Of a stretch of DNA of 64,000 bases, positions 8,975 through 18,675 are shown piece after piece. The DNA comes from a virus. The translations under genes were made by a program, and so were the position numbers. The DNA lies in IMG/VR virus record IMGVR_UViG_3300035698_005189, positions 34,095 to 98,094 of that record; one strand, 5' to 3'. Positions within the stretch are counted from its first letter, which is position 1; every line of letters begins with the position of its first letter. Below the pieces are notes generated by a model, which searched no databases, was not told the origin of the DNA, and worked only from the letters and a program-made list of their open reading frames with translations.

Positions 8975-9893
8975 CTTTGGTGACCTCGGCTACGACGCGA
9001 GCGGCGGCCTCATCGGCTGCAGCCTCCAGCATCGCGGAGAGGCGCTTGGCGTCCTCACTCAGTCGCTGAGCCCAGTTCTGGGCTCGTTGTACTACAGGAA
9101 TAGCTACGGCTGAGTCACCAGCGGCTCGTGTTTCGAGCCAGCGACGGAAGGCCCAGGCCTCAGGTTGTGCCTGCCCCATGGCTTCAGCGACGGCTTCAAC
9201 CAGGAGGGCGGTGCGCTCGTGTTCCCGGCTGGACCGGTCCCGGCGATTGTCTACCGCATCTTGAACAGCCCGACCCAAGACCTTCTCAGCGAAGGCTACC
9301 AGTCCGTCCTCGTCAATCGCCGCCCCAGCCAGGAGCCAGGAGGCCTTGCGCGGCACTGGCTTCGTCTCGCCGTGCAGGCCTGACCAGCCGGAAGCACGAC
9401 GGGCCACCGCGGCCAGGGTCTCACGGGGGACGGTGGAGCCGACGTCCCGCTGGGTGGCGTGCTTCTTGATGACGAGGCCACCACGGTTGAGCACCAGGAG
9501 CCCCCAGCCCTCTGGGACCTCGGAGATGTCGTTGACGACGCCCGGACCTACGGCGAACCAGCACTCGTCGCACATCTCCCTCATGAGGGCGCGCTTCTCG
9601 GGCTGGCGCAGCTCCCTGGTGAAGTCGCCACGCGATCTCTTGATCTCGTAGCCGATCATGCGGCCTCGGACAGCGCTCCAGCAGTGGATGGCCAGCACAT
9701 CCCACGACCGACTGGTCAGGCGGCCTTGGCCGGTGCCCGGAACGAACTCATCGAAGACGGCCCACTCACCGCGCTCCTGAGGGTGCCTGCCCCGTAGGAG
9801 GCCCCGTATGGCTCCCGTGCAGTCCACGGGCGGCCAGGGGTTTTTTGGGAGGCTCTTGTTTTTGACTGGGGGAGGGGGGACGGCCTTACCCAT
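8958..9893 (-). CDS. MmcB-like PD-(D/E)XK nuclease family protein
   Basis: WDVLAI...GYEIKRSRGDFTRELRQPEK...EVPEGWGLL; start at ATG 9893. Confidence 0.75.
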   Translation of the reverse strand: MGKAVPPPPVKNKSLPKNPWPPVDCTGAIRGLLRGRHPQERGEWAVFDEFVPGTGQGRLTSRSWDVLAIHCWSAVRGRMIGYEIKRSRGDFTRELRQPEKRALMREMCDECWFAVGPGVVNDISEVPEGWGLLVLNRGGLVIKKHATQRDVGSTVPRETLAAVARRASGWSGLHGETKPVPRKASWLLAGAAIDEDGLVAFAEKVLGRAVQDAVDNRRDRSSREHERTALLVEAVAEAMGQAQPEAWAFRRWLETRAAGDSAVAIPVVQRAQNWAQRLSEDAKRLSAMLEAAADEAAARVVAEVTKDDDPD

Positions 9894-11166
9894 GGAGATC
9901 TCCCCACCAGCTGACCACGTCGCCTGCGATAGCCTCGCCGACCTGGACACAGACAGCGTTGCCGGTCCCAGCGAGTCGGTCCTGGCGGTCGAGGGTGTCC
10001 TCGGGTCCGCCCCAGGTGGACAGGCTGGGAATGTCAGCCCAGGCCCGGGAGGGCGCATCGGCCATCGACTCGCCCTCGGCGGCGGTCCAGCCTTGCGGGA
10101 ACCCCATGAGCCACTCGTTGTAGGAGGGCTGCATGATCCCGCCGTCGTCTGGGAGCTTCGAGGGCTTGCGCTGGGCCTCCAGAAGCTGAGGGCCGGCTCC
10201 GCCGAGTCGTGGGTCCAGGTAGACGCCCCGCTCAGCGATCTTGCGGGCCGTCCGGTGACAGGTCTCGGTCATCACGAATGACCACAGACGACGGGCCTCA
10301 GCGAGCATGGCCGGGTAGTCCGGGAGCTTGGCCTTGCGGACGGCCTCAGCGATCTTCTGGACGTGGTAGGCATGGCCTGCCGTCGTCAGGCTCAGGTAGT
10401 TGTAGGCCTCGAAGCTGAATCGTCCGAAGGCGGTCGGCGTCGGGATGCCGTTGTGGTACGCGACGACGGAGGCAGCCTCGTGGGCCGGGAGTGAGGTCAG
10501 GGCTCCCTTCTCCCGGATCAGCCACCACGGATCGCACGCGTGCTTCGGGGTCGGGTGGAGTACTCGGCAGGTCGTCAGGACCCCCGACTCCCAGCGACCA
10601 GCCAGGGGCCAGTTGCCGTGGCGGCCCGGGATGGCTGATGTCTGGTGAGACACCTCCCAGACGGGAGGGAGGCCACGCTGGCGACCGATGAGGAAGATCC
10701 TGACCCGCTGGTGGGGTCCGCCCACAGCCGACACGGACAGGGGCTGCCATTCTACATCGTAGCCGTTGTCGTCGAAGGTGGTGAGGACGGCCTCGAGGGT
10801 CCGGCCCGAGTCATGCGCCACGATGGCGAACGGGTTCTCAGCCACAATAGCTGTCGCGCCCAGGGACCGGCCCAGTCGGATGTAGTCCCCCCAGAGCCAG
10901 CGCTCGTCATCCTGGCCCTTGCGGGGCCCGGCGTTGCTGACGGGCTGACACGGTGGGCCGCCTGAGAGGATGTCGCACTCCCCAAGGTCGGCTGCCGTGA
11001 CCTTGGTCACGTCGGGGAAGCGGACCACATCGGGCCAGTGCCGTCCGAGCACACGACGAGGGTAGTCGCCCAGCTCGATAAAGGCCGTATGCGACCCGCC
11101 TGCGCGATGCCAGCCCAGGGCGAGGCCACCGACGCCAGCGAACGACTCTACTACGCGGGGCTTCAT
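9886..11166 (-). CDS. DNA (cytosine-5) methyltransferase
   Basis: FAGVGG (I), GGPPCQ (IV), AENP (VI), HQRVRIF (VIII), GNAV (X); ATG 11166 coupled. Confidence 0.9.
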   Translation of the reverse strand: MKPRVVESFAGVGGLALGWHRAGGSHTAFIELGDYPRRVLGRHWPDVVRFPDVTKVTAADLGECDILSGGPPCQPVSNAGPRKGQDDERWLWGDYIRLGRSLGATAIVAENPFAIVAHDSGRTLEAVLTTFDDNGYDVEWQPLSVSAVGGPHQRVRIFLIGRQRGLPPVWEVSHQTSAIPGRHGNWPLAGRWESGVLTTCRVLHPTPKHACDPWWLIREKGALTSLPAHEAASVVAYHNGIPTPTAFGRFSFEAYNYLSLTTAGHAYHVQKIAEAVRKAKLPDYPAMLAEARRLWSFVMTETCHRTARKIAERGVYLDPRLGGAGPQLLEAQRKPSKLPDDGGIMQPSYNEWLMGFPQGWTAAEGESMADAPSRAWADIPSLSTWGGPEDTLDRQDRLAGTGNAVCVQVGEAIAGDVVSWWGDLHG

Positions 11167-11444
11167 GCGACAGCGTGCATGTCGAAGTCGAGAAGGGCCT
11201 CTCCCGGGACATCCTCTGCCATGCGGTCGGGCCCGATCCAGGCCTCCACAGCGACGAGGGTCTCTTCGCTGCCGCCAGTAGCTCCGGAGGTGGGGAGGGC
11301 GCCGTCGCCCGACTCCCCACCACGCAGCCACCAGCGGGAGTCGCCCTTGGCCTGCGCGTGACCGAGCATGAGCCGCTGTGGGCCTGGCTCCACGCCGAGG
11401 GAGCGTGCGATACGTCGGAGGCGGAGTTGATAGTCGTTGAGCAT
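11163..11444 (-). CDS. Hypothetical protein
   Basis: 93 aa, AGGAG RBS. Confidence 0.65.
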   Translation of the reverse strand: MLNDYQLRLRRIARSLGVEPGPQRLMLGHAQAKGDSRWWLRGGESGDGALPTSGATGGSEETLVAVEAWIGPDRMAEDVPGEALLDFDMHAVA

Positions 11445-11452
11445 GGAGTCTC

Positions 11453-12064
11453 CTACCAGAATACGAGGCGGCCGGGCGGGCTGATCCAGGAGGCGCTGAC
11501 CTCACCCGGGTACGGGAGCAGCAGTCGCGCTGCGTGAACAAGGTCCAGTCGGTGGCGGTGCCTGAGTTCCTCTGGGTGGTAGCAGAGCACGGGGCTCTCG
11601 CCTACAACCGCAGACCGGCTTTCGCTCACGTAGAGGTGCTGGACCTGTGCGGGGTCCTGGCCAATATCGCGCTGGGTGGTCCGGGCGGTGGAGTGAGCGA
11701 TCAGGGTAGTGTCGGCGTCAATTCGGGCGGCGGCGAAGTTGGCAGCGCACGTCAACGGAGCGAAGGTCTCACATACGAGCACCGTGAGGCCACGGCGAAG
11801 GCACCGGACCCCCATCTCCCAGGCCGTCCGACCGGCCATACAGGCAGCGAAGGGTAGCTTGCCAAGGTCGCCTTCCTGCGGGGAGGCACCAATCGGCCAG
11901 TCTGTGCGAATACCGATAGGCCCAGGGCAGCGATACCGGTTGGCCTCACGCCAAATCTCCTGCACAAGGTCGCCCTCGTCGGTCACCTCGTGCTGGCGGG
12001 CGCACAGGCGCGGGCCCATGGCAGCGACGTTGGCCCGGTGGCGGTCGATCTTGCGCCAGATCAT
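11453..12064 (-). CDS. Hypothetical protein
   Basis: ATGA-coupled start at 12064. Confidence 0.6.
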   Translation of the reverse strand: MIWRKIDRHRANVAAMGPRLCARQHEVTDEGDLVQEIWREANRYRCPGPIGIRTDWPIGASPQEGDLGKLPFAACMAGRTAWEMGVRCLRRGLTVLVCETFAPLTCAANFAAARIDADTTLIAHSTARTTQRDIGQDPAQVQHLYVSESRSAVVGESPVLCYHPEELRHRHRLDLVHAARLLLPYPGEVSASWISPPGRLVFW

Positions 12065-12768
12065 GGCTTCTTCGGGTTGACGTACTCGTCTACCTGGAGC
12101 CACATTCCCTCCTGGGCCGTGTCGACAGGCGGAGAATCGACAGGCTTTGTATCGTCGTAGAGCTTGTCCGTGAGGTCCTTAGCAAAGGCCGCCGATGGCT
12201 CTTCGTGCTTGCAGCCCGGGTACAGGCACTCATCCCCATACGGGTAGGCGGAGCACATCGATGGGCGGTCATCGTAGATGGTGCAGAGGCTACCGTCGTG
12301 GTGGCGACAGGTGTACCAGTGCCGATGGGGGGCCGCAGCCTTCCCGTCGGACTGGACGTCCGACCACTCGAGGTAGATGACCATCTCAGCGATCTGGTGG
12401 ATGTCCCGCCGTGGCCGGAAGGGGTGGTCGATGCCGGCTACACTCGTCCAGGTGTCGGGGTAGTCCGTGCCATCGCCATGGGCTGCAGCGAAGGCAGCCA
12501 GGTCGTCGGGGCTGAGTTCGAGGTTGAACCGCTTGCAGCAGGCACCGTTGCAGCCACCCGTAGGCGACGGCGCGGGTGTGGCCTCCGGGACCAGCTGGAT
12601 GAGGCCAAGGGGGTCGTCTGGGTCGAGCTTGGCCAGCCCGGCTGTCGTGTCCGGGTCGGTGCAGACGACCATGGCTTCGCCGGCCATCACAGCTCGGCTG
12701 TCCTCGTCGTTCAGAACCACCGTGTCGCCCTCAACACCTTCAAACGATACTTCGATGGTGCGGGTCAT
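12061..12768 (-). CDS. YkgJ/CxxCxxCC family metal-binding protein
   Basis: CNGACC...CRH...CTIYDDRPSMCSAYP. Confidence 0.85.
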   Translation of the reverse strand: MTRTIEVSFEGVEGDTVVLNDEDSRAVMAGEAMVVCTDPDTTAGLAKLDPDDPLGLIQLVPEATPAPSPTGGCNGACCKRFNLELSPDDLAAFAAAHGDGTDYPDTWTSVAGIDHPFRPRRDIHQIAEMVIYLEWSDVQSDGKAAAPHRHWYTCRHHDGSLCTIYDDRPSMCSAYPYGDECLYPGCKHEEPSAAFAKDLTDKLYDDTKPVDSPPVDTAQEGMWLQVDEYVNPKKP

Positions 12769-13112
12769 TCGCCGACCCTCTGGGCGGAGTACTCGGGGAC
12801 AGACCGGCCTGCTACGGCGTACTCGATCCAGGGACCTTCCTCGTCGTCTTCGGACAGCTTCCGGAGTCGGATGTGGGCGTCGCTGCCGCCTACGATGTCG
12901 TAGTCCCCTTGGGCGTCCTCTTCCTCAGCCCACCGTTCGGCGACTGCAGACGGGTCGCTCCCGTGGACCGTAGTACAGTCCTCCCACTCGGGATCGGGGG
13001 TGGGCTTACGATCTGGGTCGTAGTTCCAGTCGCGCTGGATCTCCCAGACGATACAGGGGCAGGCAGTGAGGCCCTTGTACTGGCCACAGCGACCGCAGAA
13101 ATTGTCACTCAT
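12765..13112 (-). CDS. Hypothetical protein with N-terminal CxxC/CxC
   Basis: 115 aa, coupled. Confidence 0.65.
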   Translation of the reverse strand: MSDNFCGRCGQYKGLTACPCIVWEIQRDWNYDPDRKPTPDPEWEDCTTVHGSDPSAVAERWAEEEDAQGDYDIVGGSDAHIRLRKLSEDDEEGPWIEYAVAGRSVPEYSAQRVGE

Positions 13113-13324
13113 GGAGCACTCCTAATAGCGAGTGGTGCGTGTCTTACTGCGTGGACGTAGATGGCAGCCACCCAGACGACCCCGGACTTATTGGGGATGG
13201 CCGGGGCGTTGAGGTCAGGCACGACCACGAACGAGCAACCAAAGGCGAACCCACCGCCACCCAGCCAGCCGTACCAGGCCTCTTGGTCCGATACGCCGCG
13301 CGAGATCTTGACCCGGATTCGCAT
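13109..13324 (-). CDS. Hypothetical protein
   Basis: TAATG-coupled start at 13324. Confidence 0.5.
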   Translation of the reverse strand: MRIRVKISRGVSDQEAWYGWLGGGGFAFGCSFVVVPDLNAPAIPNKSGVVWVAAIYVHAVRHAPLAIRSAP

Positions 13325-13893
13325 TAGATGCGGGCCTGGCGGCGGACGCAAGGGACACCAGCCTTCTTGACGAGGTCGAGGACTTCGTCGGGTGTTTCGT
13401 GGACCCGCCAGACGTGGTCGTCAACGGGGTACGCCTCTCGGAACAAGTCGTTGTCTCCGGGTTCGGCTACCTGTAGCCAGCGCGGTCCCTGCCAGACGAA
13501 GGTGGAGCCGTGGTGGAGGTCGTCGTGCTCAGCCTTGGCGGAGGCGATGACGTCCTCCATGAGGGCATCCCACGCAGTCTGCTCGGACTCGAGGCAGTCG
13601 TGGGCGTAGGCCCGGACGGCAGCCTCGTGCGCCCTATGGGAGTTGGCTATGGCGTCGTATTCGTCCCGCGTGACCGTCTGCTCAGGGGAGCGGCTCAGAC
13701 GGTCGTCTGGGACTTCGGTATTAGCCCGATCAAAGTGCTTCGCGCTGGGGTGAGTCGGTCGTACCCCGTGCTTCGGGTGCTTGATCGGCACCACGAACCG
13801 GACTGGGTCGGCCGGCTCGAAGGAGATCGTGCCCGCCTGGACATGGAAGGCGACAGGACCTGTGCGCGGGCCTCGGTGGAGTTCGATCAGCAT
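13324..13893 (-). CDS. Hypothetical protein, FlbD-like termini
   Basis: MLIELHR... and VHETPDEVLDLV ends. Confidence 0.6.
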   Translation of the reverse strand: MLIELHRGPRTGPVAFHVQAGTISFEPADPVRFVVPIKHPKHGVRPTHPSAKHFDRANTEVPDDRLSRSPEQTVTRDEYDAIANSHRAHEAAVRAYAHDCLESEQTAWDALMEDVIASAKAEHDDLHHGSTFVWQGPRWLQVAEPGDNDLFREAYPVDDHVWRVHETPDEVLDLVKKAGVPCVRRQARI

Positions 13894-13956
13894 GACAGCC
13901 TTGGGGTCGGGGTCGGGCCCCCTGATCGTCGCCCCTCCCGACCCCGGTCCTGTCGC

Positions 13957-14697
13957 CTACAGTGCGTTGGCTCGCGCCTCGAGACGTTCCCTCGTGATGG
14001 GCCCGACGATACCGTCTACCTGCAGTCCCTCGTGTCTCTGGAAGGCTTGGACGTTCGCATAGCCGAGGGCGGTGAGGGCAGCCGTCACCTGGGCCTGGGT
14101 GACCAGGGCGACGCCGATCTCACGGTGAGAGTCGGCTGCCTCGACCATGGCGCGGAGGGTGTCGCCTGGGCAGGCGGGCTTGCCGAGGGCGTAGTGGCCG
14201 GTGTACTCGAACTCCGGGCCCCACAGCTCTCGCACAGCCAGGAACACAGAGGCGACGGCGCGCATCTGGGCTGCGGTGGGCTCCGAGGCGGGGTGGTTGT
14301 CGCTCGTGAAGTCACCGACGACGAGCACAGCCAGGAAGTCTGCGTTCTCATCCCCGGCCCGGGTGCGAGTGCCCTGGCTCCAGGTGGCTACGTCCAGGTC
14401 GTGGCAGAGGACGACCTGACCTTCGTCGGTGACAGCCAGGGTGTAGAGGATGCCGGGGGCTCCACCCCCGCTCGTGGGGACGTGGCACTCGTCGCTGACG
14501 TGGTAGTCAGCGATGGCCTGGACCCGACTGACTCCGCCGGACCGCCCTGCGCTGTGGTGCAGGCACAGGCCTGCGATGGCGTCGGGGGCGCGCTCTGCGA
14601 AGCGCCTGGTGGGATGAGTCGGGAAGCTGCCCCGACGATCGAGGACAGCGAGACCCTGACGGACCAGAGCCTCAGCGAGCTGGATGGTGGTGGGCAT
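13957..14697 (-). CDS. Endolysin: N-acetylmuramoyl-L-alanine amidase (Amidase_2) + PG-binding domain
   Basis: LHHSAG, GHY...ACPG Zn ligands; C-terminal FQRHEGLQVDGIVGPITRERL; AGGAGG RBS before ATG 14697. Confidence 0.88.
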   Translation of the reverse strand: MPTTIQLAEALVRQGLAVLDRRGSFPTHPTRRFAERAPDAIAGLCLHHSAGRSGGVSRVQAIADYHVSDECHVPTSGGGAPGILYTLAVTDEGQVVLCHDLDVATWSQGTRTRAGDENADFLAVLVVGDFTSDNHPASEPTAAQMRAVASVFLAVRELWGPEFEYTGHYALGKPACPGDTLRAMVEAADSHREIGVALVTQAQVTAALTALGYANVQAFQRHEGLQVDGIVGPITRERLEARANAL

Positions 14698-14726
14698 GGG
14701 GAGCCTCCTGTCTGGGGTTCGGTCGT

Positions 14727-14735
14727 AGGTTACCA
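14727..14735 (-). promoter_or_regulatory. Possible extended -10 promoter of endolysin
   Basis: TG-G-TAACCT about 30 nt upstream of the start, in an intergenic gap. Confidence 0.35.
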
Positions 14736-14922
14736 CGGCAGCCACCGATCGTGCCAGTGGCCTGACGTACGAACGCCCCCTTCGAGGCAGGGGGCTAACG
14801 GCGTTCGTCGCCGACGCGATGCTGTGCGGTCTGTACATGCGGGAGCGTCTGCCCCCGGAGGGCCGACCAACCGGCTCCCAGGATTACTGGTCAGGGGTCG
14901 CGTGCCCCGTCAAGGATGGCCC

Positions 14923-15078
14923 TCAGTCGTAAAATGGGTCGTAGCTGCCGCCGACAAGGGCCTCTCGCTTGGCGGTGGCCTCGTGCTTCTGGGCGATCCG
15001 GGCCAGGGTCTCGGCGACTGCCTCGACACGATCGAGTTTCTCTTGTACTTCGCGGAGGCGATCGTGGTGGTCACTCAT
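14923..15078 (-). CDS. 51-aa coiled-coil peptide
   Basis: MSDHHDRLREVQEKLDRVEAVAETLARIAQKH...; below ORF-track cutoff; AAGGA RBS. Confidence 0.55.
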   Translation of the reverse strand: MSDHHDRLREVQEKLDRVEAVAETLARIAQKHEATAKREALVGGSYDPFYD

Positions 15079-15151
15079 CGGGGTTGTCCTTGGACTCGAA
15101 TAGGCTGAAGAGGTTGAGGGCGATGATCAGGATGACGAGGACAGTCTTCAT
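15071..15151 (-). CDS. 26-aa single-TM peptide
   Basis: MKTVLVILIIALNLFSLFESKDNPDE; GAGG RBS. Confidence 0.45.
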   Translation of the reverse strand: MKTVLVILIIALNLFSLFESKDNPDE

Positions 15152-15162
15152 CGCTCGGTCCC

Positions 15163-15519
15163 TCACAGGGCCCACGCGGTAAACATGCGTCGCTCGCGTG
15201 GAGTCAGGGTGAGGGCCTTGCGCTCCGCGTGGGAGGGGTGGTAGGCGTCGAAGTCGGTCACCGACCTGTCGAGGGCCTCCCGGCAGGCGCGGGCTGCGTG
15301 GGCCGCCGCGATACGGACCTCCGCCTCACGGAGGGCGCGGTTGGTGGCTTCGTCGGCGAACACGGCCTCATCGACATGCTCAGCCAGCACCTTGTCGGGG
15401 TCGGCCTTGGGCTTGGGCCGGCGGATGCCACAGCGCTGCGCGTAGGCCTGTCGCTTGCGAATGGGTGCCAGGGCTGCCTCACGGCGGGCCTTGGAGCGAC
15501 GTCGGCTGGTCTTACCCAC
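15163..15519 (-). CDS. Basic hypothetical protein
   Basis: 118 aa, overlaps upstream stop. Confidence 0.6.
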   Translation of the reverse strand: MGKTSRRRSKARREAALAPIRKRQAYAQRCGIRRPKPKADPDKVLAEHVDEAVFADEATNRALREAEVRIAAAHAARACREALDRSVTDFDAYHPSHAERKALTLTPRERRMFTAWAL

Positions 15520-15955
15520 GAGGCACCGCCGGGGCGGGGTACTCGCCCAGCTTCAGCGACACAGCCCAGAGGATGTACTCCCCGCGCAGTGGGATGCCCT
15601 TCGCCGACTTCTCCCCGGTGAGGGCGCGGCGGTTGCCGACCAGCCAGTACTCGAAGCGATCACGGTAGACAGCGACGTCTACCGACCCCATCTCGCTTTC
15701 GAGTTGGGCCGGACCCACGAGCGTCCCCAGTGGGAGGCTGTTCATGTCGGCTACGGTCTTACGAGTGTTTACGGCGCGGCGCTCGTCGACTCCACGCCTG
15801 AAGGGACCCATCCGCATTTCTACGACGCGGCCATCGTGGCGACCCCAGACTTCCTTCGTGGGGCTGGAGAGCTGGGTGTCCATGGTGGGGCGTCGCACTG
15901 GTGCAGGGGGAGGTGCGGAACGGGCGGGCGGGGGCGGGGGAGGTGGATGGTTCAC
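15512..15955 (-). CDS. Hypothetical protein with N-terminal Pro7 tag
   Basis: MNHPPPPPPPAR...; AGGA RBS. Confidence 0.65.
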   Translation of the reverse strand: MNHPPPPPPPARSAPPPAPVRRPTMDTQLSSPTKEVWGRHDGRVVEMRMGPFRRGVDERRAVNTRKTVADMNSLPLGTLVGPAQLESEMGSVDVAVYRDRFEYWLVGNRRALTGEKSAKGIPLRGEYILWAVSLKLGEYPAPAVPRG

Positions 15956-15963
15956 GATTCGTC

Positions 15964-16539
15964 CTATACGGTGAGGGAGAGGCCCTTACGACGAAGGAGG
16001 CCGAGGCGGGCGTTGCAGGCTGCGCGACCGCACCCAGGGACTCCGATCAGGCCACCATCGGCAGGCGGGTCGCAAGGGAGGGTCTGCTGTGGCGGCCCCT
16101 CGAGGATGACGTCTTCGGCGGCGGTCCACCGGGCACGAGGGGCGGGGACCGGCACACCAGCGAGGGCGGCATCCATGGCGCACACGATAGACGCCGTCTC
16201 GGTAACGAGGTCAGCAAAGTCGGCCTCGGTCTTCACCGTCCAAATTTGCTTGACCGTGGTGGAGAGGCCGCGCACCTTCACGGTCATGGACACCGAGTCG
16301 CCATTGATGGACCGGACTCCGTCGACCCCCACGACGTACCAGCCCCAGGGGAGGCGCTTGACGATCTGGCTCGAGGCCCGGCTCGCCAGGTCAGCGACGG
16401 CGTGGCGGTAGCGTCGGCCCGTGTCCTGGTTGGAGTACTCGGCCTCCCTGAGCTGCCGACGGAGGTCAGCGACATTCGGGGACTGCGGGGACTGCTGCGG
16501 GGCACTGATGAGGGCCAGGGCGGCGACGAGGCTGAGCAT
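15964..16539 (-). CDS. Hypothetical protein, hydrophobic N-terminus, Myb-like C-terminal motif
   Basis: GGAG RBS before ATG 16539; WTAAEDVIL...GRAACNARL. Confidence 0.6.
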   Translation of the reverse strand: MLSLVAALALISAPQQSPQSPNVADLRRQLREAEYSNQDTGRRYRHAVADLASRASSQIVKRLPWGWYVVGVDGVRSINGDSVSMTVKVRGLSTTVKQIWTVKTEADFADLVTETASIVCAMDAALAGVPVPAPRARWTAAEDVILEGPPQQTLPCDPPADGGLIGVPGCGRAACNARLGLLRRKGLSLTV

Positions 16540-16592
16540 GGTTTCTCCGTGCTGGCCTGAGTAGTCGCCCGGAGCCCCGTGCGTCCTGTCGT

Positions 16593-16841
16593 CTACTCGA
16601 ACCACTTGAGCGCCAGGGACTCTTCGCTGAGCTGTGAGCACACCAGGCACAGCCGATGGCCGTCTCCCCAGCAGTCGCCGTGGCCAGCGACCCCGGCCTC
16701 GTACCGGGAGCACTCGTCCTCAGCCGTGGGATTGGCGACGTGGTGCTCTCGCCCGGGCTTTCCTGGGGGCGGCTCCACGCGTGCCTTGGCCTTGGCGACG
16801 AGATCGGTCGCCCGGGCGCGGATACGGTCACGCAGACCCAC
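16593..16841 (-). CDS. Small Cys-containing hypothetical protein
   Basis: 82 aa. Confidence 0.55.
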   Translation of the reverse strand: MGLRDRIRARATDLVAKAKARVEPPPGKPGREHHVANPTAEDECSRYEAGVAGHGDCWGDGHRLCLVCSQLSEESLALKWFE

Positions 16842-17235
16842 TACACCCTCGCCTTGCGGTAGCCCGCGTCGTCATCCCATGCGGCTCCGATGGGTGTGCC
16901 TTCGCCTTCCTGTGCAGCGTCGTACGCGGCGAAGATCTTGGCGGCAGCCTTCTCGACAGAGACCTCCGTGATTGCCTGGTGTTGGGTGACGTAGCAGCAT
17001 TTACCGTCGACGCGTCGTGTCACCGTGTATATCGCTGCCACAGGGCCGAACGAAGCCGAGTAGGCGTGGTCAACACCGATCCAGACCTGACCACGAGGCG
17101 GGGTGTCCCCGTAGCCGGTCCCGAGTGTCGGGTCGGGCCCGGGCTCACCCATAGCTGGGACGATGTCGGGGGTAGTCTCCATCATCCGTCGGATGTCTTC
17201 GGGGTCGAAGAAAGGACCTTGGTCAGCCAGCTCAT
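16841..17235 (-). CDS. Hypothetical protein (apparent 1-nt deletion near 5' end)
   Basis: ATGA-coupled ATG 17235 joins ORF 16841..17185 if one G is restored (AAG G[G]T CCT). Confidence 0.5.
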
Positions 17236-17482
17236 GAGCGACTCCCCGGCAGTGCGAGCTTCATGCGGAGGATATGGGCCTGAGCCAGCAGGTCACCAAG
17301 CTCCAGCATGACGACGGGATTGGCCCGGTTGGGGATCGTGCCGCCGCCGGGCAGGGTGTGGCTGTAGATGCTGGCTCGCTTGGCCTTTGACAGCTGGCCG
17401 TCCCGTGCGATCTGGGCAAGGGCCTCGGCGCGGAGTGTCTCGGTCGGGACTGCTGACAGGTCATGTCTGCGATAGGAGTCAT
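17232..17482 (-). CDS. Hypothetical protein (apparent 1-nt deletion)
   Basis: MTPIADM-[D]LSAVPTETLRAEALAQIARDG...; span is 3n-1. Confidence 0.55.
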
Positions 17483-17484
17483 GG

Positions 17485-18675
17485 TCACCTCACGCTACCA
17501 TCGTCGCGCTCCCAAGACCGCTTGCGGGCCGACTCGAACCTCTGTCGCACGAGCGCCATGAGGTCCAGACCTTCCGCCTCTGCCATCCCCAGCAGGACGA
17601 TTGCTACGTCGGCCAGTTCGTCGGGCAGGTGCCCACGGGTGGACGGGCGGATATCCTGGTCGGTCTTGAGCACCACACGAGCAACCTCGCCGCACTCCTC
17701 GGCCAGGCACAACGCCTGCTGCAGCCTGGTCGGCTTGCCGAAGGTGGTGTCGCGCCACATCATGATCTCATGCTGGAGGGATACATTGTCGCTGACTGGG
17801 GGAGTTGGTACGAGCGTAGTCTCAGCCACCACAGCGATACAGCCATCCGGTATCTCTACAACCGGGATCTGCGGCGGAGCGACCACGACTACGCAGCCTC
17901 CGCTGTCCCCAGCGACCTCCCTCGGGGCGGGGCGGTGAGCGACAGGCCGGTTGAGCCAGACGACTTCGACCTTGTCGGGCGGGGGCCCGGGCTTCTCTCC
18001 GATACCAGCCGCCAGCCGCATCTTGTGCCACACCGGCCAGTCGACCTTGATCCGGGTGATACCAGACCGCAGCCCGCGCCGGACGATACCGCAGGCACCG
18101 GCCTCTTCGGCCACGACACGCCGGATGGTGCTGTCTCCGATACCGAATCGCTCCCGCAGGGCTACACGGCTTCCGGCGGTCAGAGCAGCGGGGTCGCGCA
18201 GGAGCACGGCACGCACTCGGCCCCGGGCTGCCTTGGTGGCGGGGGCCTCCCCTCGGGTGCCTCTGGGCTTCCCGCGCTTGGGGGTGGCGCGTGGGGCAGG
18301 CTTGGCCTTCCGGGCGGCCTTGGGCTTTACAGGAGCCTCCTGCTTTGCCTTCTTGGCGCGTGGGGCGCGTGGCTGGACGGGTGGAGCCCGCTTGGGACCG
18401 ACCAGGACCCGCTCACAGGCGGCGTTGAAGCGACCGACGTCATACGACAGCACCTCGACTGGGACGTAGGCCTTCTTGGCTGCCTGGCTCCAGCGCTCCA
18501 TCGTGGTCTGTGGGAGGTCGGGCGAGATCAAGACAGCCCGTAGTCCCTTGGTGACACCGACTGGAGCCATGCGGCCACGGATCAAGTCGGGCTTGACCTG
18601 TCGCTCAGCCAGCTTCGGCATCCACTCCCAGGGGACGTGGGAAACAAGCAGGACACGGGTCGGCTGGGCGCTCAT
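17485..18675 (-). CDS. Multidomain protein with C-terminal MazG-like NTP pyrophosphohydrolase domain
   Basis: LAEECGEVAR...DELADV; K/R/P-rich linker in N-terminal half. Confidence 0.8.
   Translation of the reverse strand: MSAQPTRVLLVSHVPWEWMPKLAERQVKPDLIRGRMAPVGVTKGLRAVLISPDLPQTTMERWSQAAKKAYVPVEVLSYDVGRFNAACERVLVGPKRAPPVQPRAPRAKKAKQEAPVKPKAARKAKPAPRATPKRGKPRGTRGEAPATKAARGRVRAVLLRDPAALTAGSRVALRERFGIGDSTIRRVVAEEAGACGIVRRGLRSGITRIKVDWPVWHKMRLAAGIGEKPGPPPDKVEVVWLNRPVAHRPAPREVAGDSGGCVVVVAPPQIPVVEIPDGCIAVVAETTLVPTPPVSDNVSLQHEIMMWRDTTFGKPTRLQQALCLAEECGEVARVVLKTDQDIRPSTRGHLPDELADVAIVLLGMAEAEGLDLMALVRQRFESARKRSWERDDGSVR

Noticed and set aside
9886-11541. ORF-track N-terminal extensions (C5 MTase, also pol, SbcC, sigma, MmcB)
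   Set aside because: They overlap real upstream genes; downstream coupled or RBS-supported starts fit family N-termini better
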